Of a DNA stretch of 64,000 nt, positions 43,845 through 53,495 are shown piece after piece. Both the position numbers and the translations under genes were made by a program. The DNA comes from Sulfolobales archaeon HS-7 (lineage in GTDB: Archaea > Thermoproteota > Thermoprotei_A > Sulfolobales > Sulfolobaceae): assembly GCA_019704295.1 (NCBI GenBank), contig AP024596.1:1792001-1856000 (forward strand), given 5' to 3'. The notes under the pieces are model-generated. The model was not told the DNA's origin. It was given only the letters and a program-made list of their open reading frames with translations, and did no database searches. Each line of letters begins with the position of its first letter. Position 1 is the stretch's first letter.

Positions 43845-44883
43845 GCTCTTAGTAATCTACGTAGATATTGACGACGATCTAGGCGCCTTTGGAATATCTA
43901 CGCCTGTAATAGGAAGCGAAAACGTAAAAAAAGTTATTGATGTGGCATCTAAAGTTATGCCAACGGATTCGGACTTCAATACAATGGTAGTAGCACTAAA
44001 CACATTTGACAAGCTAAAAGCTGAGGGAAGACAAGCCGAGATATGCATAATAGCAGGCTCAGAAAAGGGAGGTATTGAAGCGCAGCTCAGTTTCGGAGAG
44101 AAACTGGACGAGGTAATACGAAAGGTCTCACCTTCTGGTGCCATAGTTGTTTTTGACAGTCCGGAAGATGAAAAAGCGTTACCTATTATCCAATCAAGAC
44201 TTCCAATAGCGGGGATAGAAAAAGTAATTGTGGAGCAATCTAAAGGTGTGGAGGAAACGTATGCATTACTAGCTAGATATATAAAAAAGGCCCTAACGGA
44301 ACCCAGGTTCTCAAGGATCTTTCTAGGAGTCCCTGGTATAATTTTACTAGTTCTCTCACTAATGGAGTTGCTGGGTTTGTTACGATACGGTACAATAGTT
44401 GTTCTCTTTATAATAGGGATTGCAATGATTATTCGTGGCCTTAGCATAGATGATATATTCGAGAAATGGTGGGAAAATTCTCCAATAATGGTTACAAGCG
44501 CAATATTGGCTGGTATTGCAATAATAGTGACAATAGTGGAGGGCTTAACTATTGGCTACCAGCTCCACGTAGTTAACTCAGTGACGGTTGCTGCGTTTAC
44601 ATTAAATATCTTACCTTTAATTATGTTAACGTTAATAATTTTAATAGCAGGTAAAGCGATATCTAGATTCCTAGAGAAGAATGTTAAAATTTGGCATGAT
44701 GTGTTACAAATAGCCACTATAATAGTTGGGTATTACGTCATTGCCGAAGTTTTAAGACAAGTGGAACTTCAGACGACAATTTTAACATATCAGGTAATAT
44801 TCACTTTAGTAATTTCGTCTATTCTAATTTCTTCAATATACGGCGTTCTATCAAGAGTTGAAAAAAGAATTTCGAAGGTATGA
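43834..44883 (+). CDS. DUF373 family membrane protein
   Basis: LVIYVDIDDDLG, DSDFN, VIVEQS, C-terminal TM helices. Confidence 0.85.
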   Translation: MENKLLVIYVDIDDDLGAFGISTPVIGSENVKKVIDVASKVMPTDSDFNTMVVALNTFDKLKAEGRQAEICIIAGSEKGGIEAQLSFGEKLDEVIRKVSPSGAIVVFDSPEDEKALPIIQSRLPIAGIEKVIVEQSKGVEETYALLARYIKKALTEPRFSRIFLGVPGIILLVLSLMELLGLLRYGTIVVLFIIGIAMIIRGLSIDDIFEKWWENSPIMVTSAILAGIAIIVTIVEGLTIGYQLHVVNSVTVAAFTLNILPLIMLTLIILIAGKAISRFLEKNVKIWHDVLQIATIIVGYYVIAEVLRQVELQTTILTYQVIFTLVISSILISSIYGVLSRVEKRISKV

Positions 44884-45307
44884 AAAGCTCTTCTTAGTTT
44901 CAGAGTAGTCCTATATATTCCGCGAATAGTAATGGAGCATTTTTAAGTCAGAGAAGATCATCATAACAAGTGTAGACAAATAATTACGTAAAATTCAGAA
45001 AGTAATATACTTACACATCATGTCTCCTGATTTTTATGCGTAATATTTTCTCTGGGGTAATCGCAACAGTCCCCAAGTTAGGGAAATTAGGATTTAGTTT
45101 TACATAATTTAAATATTTATATTATAAAAATACTTTCTAACCTAAATTAGACTATATGGTATGAATATTCTAGACAGATGAATTATTTTATCGGGATCCA
45201 AATAATTAGTATTGAAAAAGAATAAGCCAAGGAATATAGCCATCGTAACACTCAGTCTCCGTATATATAAACGATATTGTGTGGACTATGAAAACTAGTG
45301 CTAACTA

Positions 45308-48300
45308 ATGATCTCTATAACTTACCAATCGGGTTGCCCTAACTGCGGCGGTCCTATTACTGGGTATAGAAGCTATAACGGCCTTCCATGTGAGAAGTGT
45401 CTTCCACTTTCGCCAAACGCCTTACCTGAACAAAGTAGAACTAAGGCGATATACGATCTTCTGGTTGAGTTTGGCAATCTGAAAGGTTTTTGGCGAATAA
45501 ACGACATAGAAGAAAGTGTAGATACCATAAATAAATTTTTCGTTCAAATAACAGGTCATAAACCCTGGGGTTTGCAAACCTATTGGTTAAAAAGGTACAT
45601 ACAGGAGGAGAGCTTCTCAATGTCCGCACCTACAGGACTAGGGAAGTCAACAACCATCATGGTTATTACAGCCCATCTAGCTTTGCAAGGAAAGAGTGTC
45701 TATTACATAACGCCGACCAAGTCCCTAGCTGAACAAACGTGTGATAAGTTAAAATCAATGAAGTTAGACTACGCATGTAACGCTATTGATAACTCTTCAG
45801 TGATAGTTTCCACATATCAAATGTTGAATAGAAATTTCGATAAGTTAGAAAACAGAAAATTCGATCTTGTTGCCGTAGATGATGCAGATGCCATAATAAG
45901 AAGTGGTAAAACCGCAGAGAGGGTAGTGAAACTACTCGGAATACCTAATGAACTTTTTGAAAACGCAGTCAAGTTAGTTAAATTGAAGCGCCTTCTTTCA
46001 TTTTACAAGGTTATGAAACCAGATGATGTTGATGCTCTTCAGCAGAAAATTGATGAATTAGTAGTTACCATTGCTAAAAATAAAGTTGATATATCACAAC
46101 TAATTATTGCAAGCGCTACCGCTAGACCCAAAGGAATAAAGCAAGAGGCGCTTAAATACCTTCTTGGATTTGAAGCGTCAACAATCCAATTTTACATGAG
46201 AAATATTGTTGACGCTTTTACAAAAATTGACTTGGAAAGCGTTATATCCAAAATCGGACGAGGGGGACTTATTTTAGTCTCGAAGGATAAAGGGAAAACT
46301 CTACTTAAACAATTAAGAGAAAGAGTGGAAAGTTTAGGATATAAGGCTGACTTAGCCGTTAGTGGTAAGAAATTCATGGACAAATTCTCTAGGGGAGAGA
46401 CTGACATGTTAATAGGGACTGCTTCATACTATGGGGTCGCCGTCAGGGGTCTTGATGAACCCTACAGACTTAGGTATGTGGTATTTTATGGTGTTCCTAA
46501 GAATAGAATTAAACTTATAGACGCAGTTAAAAATCCCTTAAACTCAATAAAAATCGGAAGGGTTTTAGGATTTAAGACCGACCAATGGGAAAATCAAGTA
46601 TTATCTCTATCGCCTCAGGAAATGCAAATTATTAAAATTGCCAATATTAGAGGAGAAAAACTGTCCGGAAAATTAGGTGAGATCCAGGAAAGGTCCAACA
46701 ACCTAGCTGAGCAGATCCTTGACTACGTTAAAGATTTAAATCGCAGAATTGTCGGAGATTCCTTCATTATCTACAAGGAAAATGGAGTTTTCCTAGCTTA
46801 TCCAGATATGATGACATACATACAAGGTTCTGGTAGATCAAGCAGGCTTTTCAACGGAGGATTAACTAAGGGGTTAGCGATAACAATAATTGATGACGAC
46901 GAACTATATAAAATATTAAGGAAGCGATTAGAATATTTAATCGACGCTTTCACTCCAGTGCAATTCGAAGAAGTTAATTTACCACCGTTATTGGAGGAAA
47001 TGGAAAAGACTCGTATCGATGGAGGTAAGAAATTTGATATAAAAACATCACTATTGATAGTAGAATCCCCTACAAAAGCTAAAACGATTGCTAAGATGTT
47101 TGGCTATCCCGTGAAAAGAATGTTCTCTCCTACAGTAATGGGCTATGAAACGATCATTACTGACGAAAGTACCATGACTTCTAGATTAGTTACTGTTATC
47201 GCTACGCGGGGGCATTTATTCGATCTGACACTTGACAACATAGGTGAGTTTGGCATAGAGATCGAGGGTGAAGAAATAAAACCTCATTACAGTCCCCTTA
47301 ACAGATGCAAAAGTTGTGGTAGAATTTTATCTACAAATCAGGAGAAGTGTCCATATTGTAACGTTGAACTAATACCTCATTCTACTCCTATTATAGATGC
47401 AATACGTAAAGTTTCTCTCGAAGTAGATGAGGTATTAATAGCTACGGATCCTGACGTCGAAGGGGAAAAAATTGCTTACGATGTAGCATCTATGGTGATA
47501 CCGTATAATAAAAATGTGAAAAGAGTAAAATACCACGCAGTTACTAAAGATGAAATTCTAACTGCCATTAGAAATGCAGGGTCAATTAGTATCCCTTTAG
47601 TGGAAAGCGAAGTTATAAGGAGAATTGAGGACAGATGGATTGGCTTCTATCTCAGTTCTATGTTAAAAGCTCACTTTTCATCGCAAAATCATGGAGCAGG
47701 AAGAGTCCAGACACCTGTCCTAGGATGGATAACGGATTACACTAAGGAGTATAAATCCCACCTAGGATGGATTGCCGTCCTGAAAGTTGACGATCTGAGA
47801 GTAGAGAAATTCTTTAGAAGTAAAAAAGAGGCTGAAAAATATATCAATGAAATATCCGAGATTTCCATTAGCAAAATAAATGAAAAAGTAGAAGTTTTCT
47901 CCGCGCCTTCTCCGTTTACAACAGACCAGCTACTCATGGAGGCTTCGGTGCGTTACCGCTTCTCTCCTGAGCTTGTAATGAGTGTGCTACAGAATTTATT
48001 CGAGATTGGTGTAATTACATATCACAGAACCGATAGTACGTATGTCTCCCCTACTGGAATCGGTATAGCCAAAACCTACCTTTATCAAAAGGGTTTAGGA
48101 AATTTCTATTCCGGTAGAAGTTGGGGTCATAGCGGAACACATGAGGCAATAAGGCCAACGAAATCTATGGATGTAGAAGAGCTCAAAAACGAGATAAGAT
48201 CTAACCCCTACAGGTATTCAATAAAGTTCAGTGAAATTCACTTTAAAATTTATGATTTAATATTCAGGAGATTCCTGGCATCACAAATGACTGACGCCTT

Positions 48301-48793
48301 ATTAAGTATAACTAAATATGAGATAGATGTCGGAAACGAAAGATTCGTACAAGAACTGCCAACAAAAATGTCAGGAGGATTTTCCGCTCTGTATCAATTA
48401 AAACTCTATAATGTAAGCGAAGGTAAGTTTAGACCAGAAAAGGTATTAAGAAGAGGTTCGACCTTCAAGCTACCGAATTATGCTGATGTCATCCACATGA
48501 TGAAGAATAAGAACATAGGGAGACCCAGCACTTATTCTAAAACTCTTCAACAATTGAAAAGACACGGATACGTTATCGAAAGCAAGAAAAATAAGATGCT
48601 TGTAGCCACTAGGAGAGGTATGAATGTGTACACCTACCTAACCGAAAAGTTCCCTGATATGATTTCGGAAACTAGAACGGCATATCTATTGAAACAGATG
48701 GACTTGGTAGCGCAAGGACAGCTCTCTCCTGATGTAGTAGTAGGAGAGTTAAGAAGTGATATTAGGAGAAGCATTTCTAGTATTTCTTCCTAA
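45308..48793 (+). CDS. rgy: Reverse gyrase
   Basis: CPNCGG Zn finger, APTGLGKST, DDAD, QGSGRSSR, VESPTKA, ITYHRTD. Confidence 0.96.
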   Translation: MISITYQSGCPNCGGPITGYRSYNGLPCEKCLPLSPNALPEQSRTKAIYDLLVEFGNLKGFWRINDIEESVDTINKFFVQITGHKPWGLQTYWLKRYIQEESFSMSAPTGLGKSTTIMVITAHLALQGKSVYYITPTKSLAEQTCDKLKSMKLDYACNAIDNSSVIVSTYQMLNRNFDKLENRKFDLVAVDDADAIIRSGKTAERVVKLLGIPNELFENAVKLVKLKRLLSFYKVMKPDDVDALQQKIDELVVTIAKNKVDISQLIIASATARPKGIKQEALKYLLGFEASTIQFYMRNIVDAFTKIDLESVISKIGRGGLILVSKDKGKTLLKQLRERVESLGYKADLAVSGKKFMDKFSRGETDMLIGTASYYGVAVRGLDEPYRLRYVVFYGVPKNRIKLIDAVKNPLNSIKIGRVLGFKTDQWENQVLSLSPQEMQIIKIANIRGEKLSGKLGEIQERSNNLAEQILDYVKDLNRRIVGDSFIIYKENGVFLAYPDMMTYIQGSGRSSRLFNGGLTKGLAITIIDDDELYKILRKRLEYLIDAFTPVQFEEVNLPPLLEEMEKTRIDGGKKFDIKTSLLIVESPTKAKTIAKMFGYPVKRMFSPTVMGYETIITDESTMTSRLVTVIATRGHLFDLTLDNIGEFGIEIEGEEIKPHYSPLNRCKSCGRILSTNQEKCPYCNVELIPHSTPIIDAIRKVSLEVDEVLIATDPDVEGEKIAYDVASMVIPYNKNVKRVKYHAVTKDEILTAIRNAGSISIPLVESEVIRRIEDRWIGFYLSSMLKAHFSSQNHGAGRVQTPVLGWITDYTKEYKSHLGWIAVLKVDDLRVEKFFRSKKEAEKYINEISEISISKINEKVEVFSAPSPFTTDQLLMEASVRYRFSPELVMSVLQNLFEIGVITYHRTDSTYVSPTGIGIAKTYLYQKGLGNFYSGRSWGHSGTHEAIRPTKSMDVEELKNEIRSNPYRYSIKFSEIHFKIYDLIFRRFLASQMTDALLSITKYEIDVGNERFVQELPTKMSGGFSALYQLKLYNVSEGKFRPEKVLRRGSTFKLPNYADVIHMMKNKNIGRPSTYSKTLQQLKRHGYVIESKKNKMLVATRRGMNVYTYLTEKFPDMISETRTAYLLKQMDLVAQGQLSPDVVVGELRSDIRRSISSISS

Positions 48794-49058
48794 TCAATAC
48801 CTCAATATATGAGACAGGGCGAGGATGAATTTCCCCTTTTTTAACTGTTCCCGTAGATATCGTTTCAACGATAATGCCCTCACCTAATCTATCCTTAAGT
48901 ACATTCACAAGATCTATGGTCTTAGAGATCTCATCCCCAAATCCCCTTAGCAAAATTGACTCAACCCCTGTATTGAACTTTAGAATTACATCTAAAGCCT
49001 GTTCGTTCACTTTTTTATTTCTTGAAACTTGATAGATTTCGTAGTTACTCTTTGACAT
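48777..49058 (-). CDS. Alba2 (Sso10b2-like) paralogue
   Basis: LRGFGDEISKTIDLVNVLKDRLG...VSYIEVLI; convergent with rgy. Confidence 0.8.
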   Translation of the reverse strand: MSKSNYEIYQVSRNKKVNEQALDVILKFNTGVESILLRGFGDEISKTIDLVNVLKDRLGEGIIVETISTGTVKKGEIHPRPVSYIEVLIRKKY

Positions 49059-49092
49059 ACCTCATATTTCATTTGAACCATTTTAAAAATCT

Positions 49093-49146
49093 GAATCAGA
49101 AACACGAGCCCATTTCATCTATCAACTTAAGGGCTTTCATCATCTT
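49093..49146 (-). ncRNA. C/D-box sRNA
   Basis: C ATGATGA, AAGCCCTTAAG, D' TTGA, C' TAGATGA, AATGGGCTCGTGTTT, D CTGA. Confidence 0.7.
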
Positions 49147-49679
49147 TGTTATCCTAGTAAATGAAATGCGTTTTCTTAGCTCCCCAGTACGTTATTAAGA
49201 TATCTCATACTCTTTAGACTTACTCTTACATTTAAGGATTTTTGATTCAAATCCGCAATATCGAAGATGTTGGTAGTTCAATGACGTTCTTGTTCATTAG
49301 GATAACATAAAACCATAAGAATAAGATAAAAATCTACTGGAAATACCAGTCTTCTCAGGTTTCCCAGGGGGCTTTGTTGTGGAAGCAGTACATGTTTTGC
49401 CTCTAACACAGCCATGGGAACAGTGAGTCCAGAACTTTTCCCGCATTAACGTCGTATTCCTTGACGCTTTTTAGCTTGGGCACCTTCGACCCCCTAAGCC
49501 AAACCATTGCAGGCACTTGCTATCCTCGTCCCTAATGGTATGCGTTTCCTCCTTAGAAGGGTGTGATTAGGCTGCTTTAACTGAGTTCTCCTTATCGCTA
49601 AATTTATGTTAGGGAATTCATTTCGATAAAGATATTCACTCATACGACTTTCGAACCCCAATCTTTGTAAAATAGCCTG

Positions 49680-52466
49680 TTAATACCTGACGTATTGAAT
49701 GACTGTTATTAGATTCAGAATTAAATGCGGTAAATCTTCCTTACGTACAAAGTAATATCTAGGAACTACAGAGGGGATTAATGCCTCGGAATGCGTTTTA
49801 ACCTTAAGTTCGGTTATCTCTTGATAAGCGATTTTCTTTAGTACTTCACCTGATGAATTCAAAAGATCTTCTGCCCTTACTATGAGTTCTGCAAATGACG
49901 ACTCATCGTCTCCCCGTAACATTATATGAAACGGTTCCTTAGTATCTAACGGGGAAAAGGAGGATAGGTATTCGTCGGAATCTACTATTCTGTGAAATTC
50001 GCGTGCTAGACACCACCTAGTTTCTAAAGTATCTATGTCAATGAAACTTACGGTCCTACTCGAGTTGCTTGATTTCCTTAGCCTTTTAAGTTTGTTTTCA
50101 ATCAGCTTCTGTGGTAGACTTAGGATCTCGCTTAATTCCTTAACGGTATATGCTCCACCACTAAGAGTAGAAATAATTGCGTAAGTGGTGTCATGTAACC
50201 AGGGTCTTATTGTTGAATGGGAGAGAACAGCTAACCCTAGTGGCGTAAGCTCATTACTGGTTACAAGCTTTATCCTTCCTCTTCGTATCTCTTTCAGGTA
50301 TTTAACGGTACCGCGTATGGAAAAATACCTAGATATAGTCTGTCTCATAGCCTCCCTGAGGAGAATGGAGTCGCTTTTCTCGAGCTTTCCGATTTTTCCG
50401 AAACTTCTTTCAAGTTCTTTTAATGTAGCGTAGAATAACGAGGAATGCATGACTGCTTTCATTACGATTTTCTTAATCTCTCTCTCATTCTTACTCGCGA
50501 GTTTTATTAAAGCATTAGCATCTAATCCCTTTATCGCAAATCCATAGATCGATGCTCGTGCGTAGGAGTTCAGTGACGTAGTTGACGCTAGGCTAAGAAG
50601 AGTATATGCTATAGTATTCGAAATCTTCTCTGATAAGAGAGAACTAAAAATCGTTTCGTTATTATACTTCTCTATGTAAATCACTCTACTTGAGGGAGCC
50701 GGTAATCCCTTTTCTTCATAGAAACTCAAGACGCTTTCGATCTTGTTTAAACTCGACTCGTCACTAATTAGTGTCTTCAAAATTCCTAGGTTTGATAGTA
50801 GTTTGTCAATAGCATGAACAAGAAGAGGAGATTTTGCGATATTTTCCCCTCTCCATATAGGCACCTCTCCTTTCCTCCCGATATCAGGAACAACTTCTAC
50901 CGTTAGATTCATCGGGTTAATCCTAACAACTCTCCATAGTTTTCCGCTTATTCGTATTACGTCATTTACTCTAATATGCCTATAAACGTAAACAGAATCA
51001 ATATCTCCTACTACTGTGTCCTTGTATCTCACAGTGAAAGTCTCCCCAGAGTTTATAAAGGAGAAAAATTCCGAAAAATCGTGAGACCATGGAGTCCTCC
51101 CTTTTCCAAAACGCCACTGACGGAAGAAAAAAGGCCCTATTTTAATTCTGTCATTAACAACATTTAATAGCTTATTCTTCGAGAGATATTCTAAAAGTTC
51201 CCAGAAAGTATCTCTAGAGAGCGACGTAAAAGGATAGGCATTATGTAACACTGTATAAATCACGTCGGCTGAAATGTCCTTATACTGTAAGGCCATACCT
51301 AAAGTTTCCCTGGCTGCCACGTCCAATGGATTTTTTGCAATTTTGATTTGTTCTATGTTTCCCGTTCTTGCAAGGTAAAGAAGTGCAGTAGCTTCTAACA
51401 CATCAGAGTCGTAAAGGCAAATGATCTCTCCGTATGCCTTCTCTTCCATACTATGACCACTTCTGCCTAAACGTTGCAAGAACGAAGCAACTGTAGGTGG
51501 AGGCCTGAAGAGAATTACCTTCTTGATATCACCTATGTGAATCCCTAGTTCTAACGTTTTAGTACAAATAACAGCAAGCGCCTTACCACACCTAAGATTT
51601 TCCTCAACGTCCTTTTTCAACTCCCTTGAAACCGAGGAATGGTGTACATAAATATTTCCCTTAGATACCTTCTCTAATGCCTCATGAAGTCTTTCAGTCG
51701 AAAACCTAGAATTCGTAAAGATGAGAGTAGTGCTCTCGACCAAGTTGGATACATATTCTGCTATTCTAGACCAATCGTTATCTTGAGGTATCTTCCTTAT
51801 ATTACACTCAAATTTTTTCGAAACTGAACTAGATATTACCTTTTTACTTCTCAGCGAAGAACCGGATAAAAAGTCAAGTATCTCCCCCGAGTTTCTCACC
51901 GTTGCTGAAAGGCCTATTCGTTGGAAATCGTAACCCGTTAGAAGTTTCAATCTCTCAAGTAACACAGCTAGTTGGGCGCCTCTTTTAGTATTAGCCAGTT
52001 CATGAACCTCATCAATGATCACCCATTTTATGCCCCTCAGATTTTCTCTAAATTTAGGTGCCCAGTCCAGGTCGATTTCAAGTCCTTCTGGCGTTGTAAT
52101 AAAAATATCAGGTATTTTTCTAAGTCGTTCTAGTTTTTCCCGTGCAGGAACTTCCCCATGTTTTCTACCTACATACAAACCCAGTTTCGACGACCACCAC
52201 TCTATTCTATTTTGCAAGTCGTTTATGAGCGCCTTTAGGGGAGTGATATATAGTAATGAGACCGGCTTCGTATACTGGCTCAATAAGGTATTAAATATTG
52301 GTAAAATTGCGGCTTCGGTTTTGCCAAAACCTGTAGGAGCTACAAGAAGTACGTTGTCTCCAGCTGATATCGCATTAAACGATGATATCTGAAATTCTGA
52401 AAGACCTTTCCATCCCCGTAGATTTATTAACGCTGCTATTCTATCGTTAACTGCAAACTCCTTCAT
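49680..52466 (-). CDS. Lhr-family SF2 helicase with C-terminal HTH
   Basis: APTGFGKT, DEVH, SAT, VHHSS, TLELGI, QRLGRSGH, PIWRGE. Confidence 0.9.
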   Translation of the reverse strand: MKEFAVNDRIAALINLRGWKGLSEFQISSFNAISAGDNVLLVAPTGFGKTEAAILPIFNTLLSQYTKPVSLLYITPLKALINDLQNRIEWWSSKLGLYVGRKHGEVPAREKLERLRKIPDIFITTPEGLEIDLDWAPKFRENLRGIKWVIIDEVHELANTKRGAQLAVLLERLKLLTGYDFQRIGLSATVRNSGEILDFLSGSSLRSKKVISSSVSKKFECNIRKIPQDNDWSRIAEYVSNLVESTTLIFTNSRFSTERLHEALEKVSKGNIYVHHSSVSRELKKDVEENLRCGKALAVICTKTLELGIHIGDIKKVILFRPPPTVASFLQRLGRSGHSMEEKAYGEIICLYDSDVLEATALLYLARTGNIEQIKIAKNPLDVAARETLGMALQYKDISADVIYTVLHNAYPFTSLSRDTFWELLEYLSKNKLLNVVNDRIKIGPFFFRQWRFGKGRTPWSHDFSEFFSFINSGETFTVRYKDTVVGDIDSVYVYRHIRVNDVIRISGKLWRVVRINPMNLTVEVVPDIGRKGEVPIWRGENIAKSPLLVHAIDKLLSNLGILKTLISDESSLNKIESVLSFYEEKGLPAPSSRVIYIEKYNNETIFSSLLSEKISNTIAYTLLSLASTTSLNSYARASIYGFAIKGLDANALIKLASKNEREIKKIVMKAVMHSSLFYATLKELERSFGKIGKLEKSDSILLREAMRQTISRYFSIRGTVKYLKEIRRGRIKLVTSNELTPLGLAVLSHSTIRPWLHDTTYAIISTLSGGAYTVKELSEILSLPQKLIENKLKRLRKSSNSSRTVSFIDIDTLETRWCLAREFHRIVDSDEYLSSFSPLDTKEPFHIMLRGDDESSFAELIVRAEDLLNSSGEVLKKIAYQEITELKVKTHSEALIPSVVPRYYFVRKEDLPHLILNLITVIQYVRY

Positions 52467-52547
52467 CTACTCACCAGATAATACTACTCCGTTAATTGAC
52501 AGGCGGAATAGTTTTTTACTCTAAACTTTTAAAGTCTTCTATACATC

Positions 52548-52787
52548 ATGACGTCAAAAATGAGATGCATGACATGTGGTAGATTTTTCCCCGAGGGTCA
52601 AGGAGTATCGTTAAAGATAGGCGACGACTCCCTCCTATTTCATAGCAATTCCTGTGCCTTCAAGTTCGTGAGAGAAGTTTTATTAGAGGTAGATAGGGAA
52701 TGTATTACGGGACCTCTGGAAGATACTAAGAAACGTTTTAACGAGAAAATAAAGCTTTTAGATGAGAAAAAACAAAAAAAGATATAA
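52548..52787 (+). CDS. Small TRASH-like metal-binding protein
   Basis: CMTCGRFFPEGQG...FHSNSC. Confidence 0.75.
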   Translation: MTSKMRCMTCGRFFPEGQGVSLKIGDDSLLFHSNSCAFKFVREVLLEVDRECITGPLEDTKKRFNEKIKLLDEKKQKKI

Positions 52788-53024
52788 GTATATATTTATA
52801 TAATATAAAATTATTAAAGATATATATAACAGTCATATTGTTAGTCTTTATGAAGGTATACCAATTCCCGCTTAGACGTTTTACAGCACTTGTCCTGAAG
52901 GCTTACCTTGAATATTATTCTTCTATGCATGGAGAGTGATCTAACATTATTACGTATTCCCTTTTACGTAAGTCGTGCCGTCCCAATTAACGCAGAATTA
53001 ACTTTATTACTTTGATTACTATCG

Positions 53025-53080
53025 CCCTCAGAAGGTTTTTCTCATCATATCATGTCAGAGTCCGCTACATTCAGCATTAA
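53025..53080 (-). ncRNA. C/D-box sRNA, probable 23S rRNA guide
   Basis: C ATGCTGA, ATGTAGCGGACT, D' CTGA, C' ATGATGA, GAAAAACCTT, D CTGA. Confidence 0.7.
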
Positions 53081-53088
53081 AACTTAAT

Positions 53089-53422
53089 GTTCCCAGATCT
53101 TTTTAAAGAGTTTGCGACTTTCCTGATTTCGACCGAGCGAACTCACCCTTTTTGGTTGAAGAGGGTTTCCGCTTCACACCTCTACCTTGCCCGGAGGGCT
53201 CTACACGCTCTGAGGGTTGCACCCCGAAGTGAGCGTTAGTGTCCCACATAGGACTGTAATTGGAGCAGAGGTATACCACATCAACCCTCGCTTAAGCGTT
53301 ACGGTGACGCTTCCTCCGTCGATGACTGTCATTGATGTATTGACTGCGAACTGAAACTCGAACTTAATACAAAGGGGCTACCCATCCCTGTGGGTCTTCC
53401 GCCCCCTTTGAACCCATATAGA
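53089..53422 (-). mobile_element. Non-autonomous IS remnant, probably an internally deleted IS110-family element
   Basis: GC-rich island; left hairpin, ATG ACA GTC ATC GAC stub, then a multi-stem noncoding end; IS110 assignment is from recall of Sulfolobus elements. Confidence 0.55.
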
Positions 53423-53495
53423 TAAATCCACATTCTTCGGGCTTTCTTTAGACTTAATATACAGAAAAACGTCGCTGCCTCAGTGAAAAGAACTT

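Noticed and set aside
44948-45023. C/D-like boxes on the minus strand (ATGATGT..CTGA..ATGATGA..CTGA)
   Set aside because: Spacers of 16, 30 and 6 nt do not fit archaeal sRNA geometry.
53059-53072. sRNA guide matches the tRNA-Lys trailer (AATGTAGCGG)
   Set aside because: There is a mismatch close to the D' box, and the 23S rRNA segment gives a fuller match; probably coincidence.
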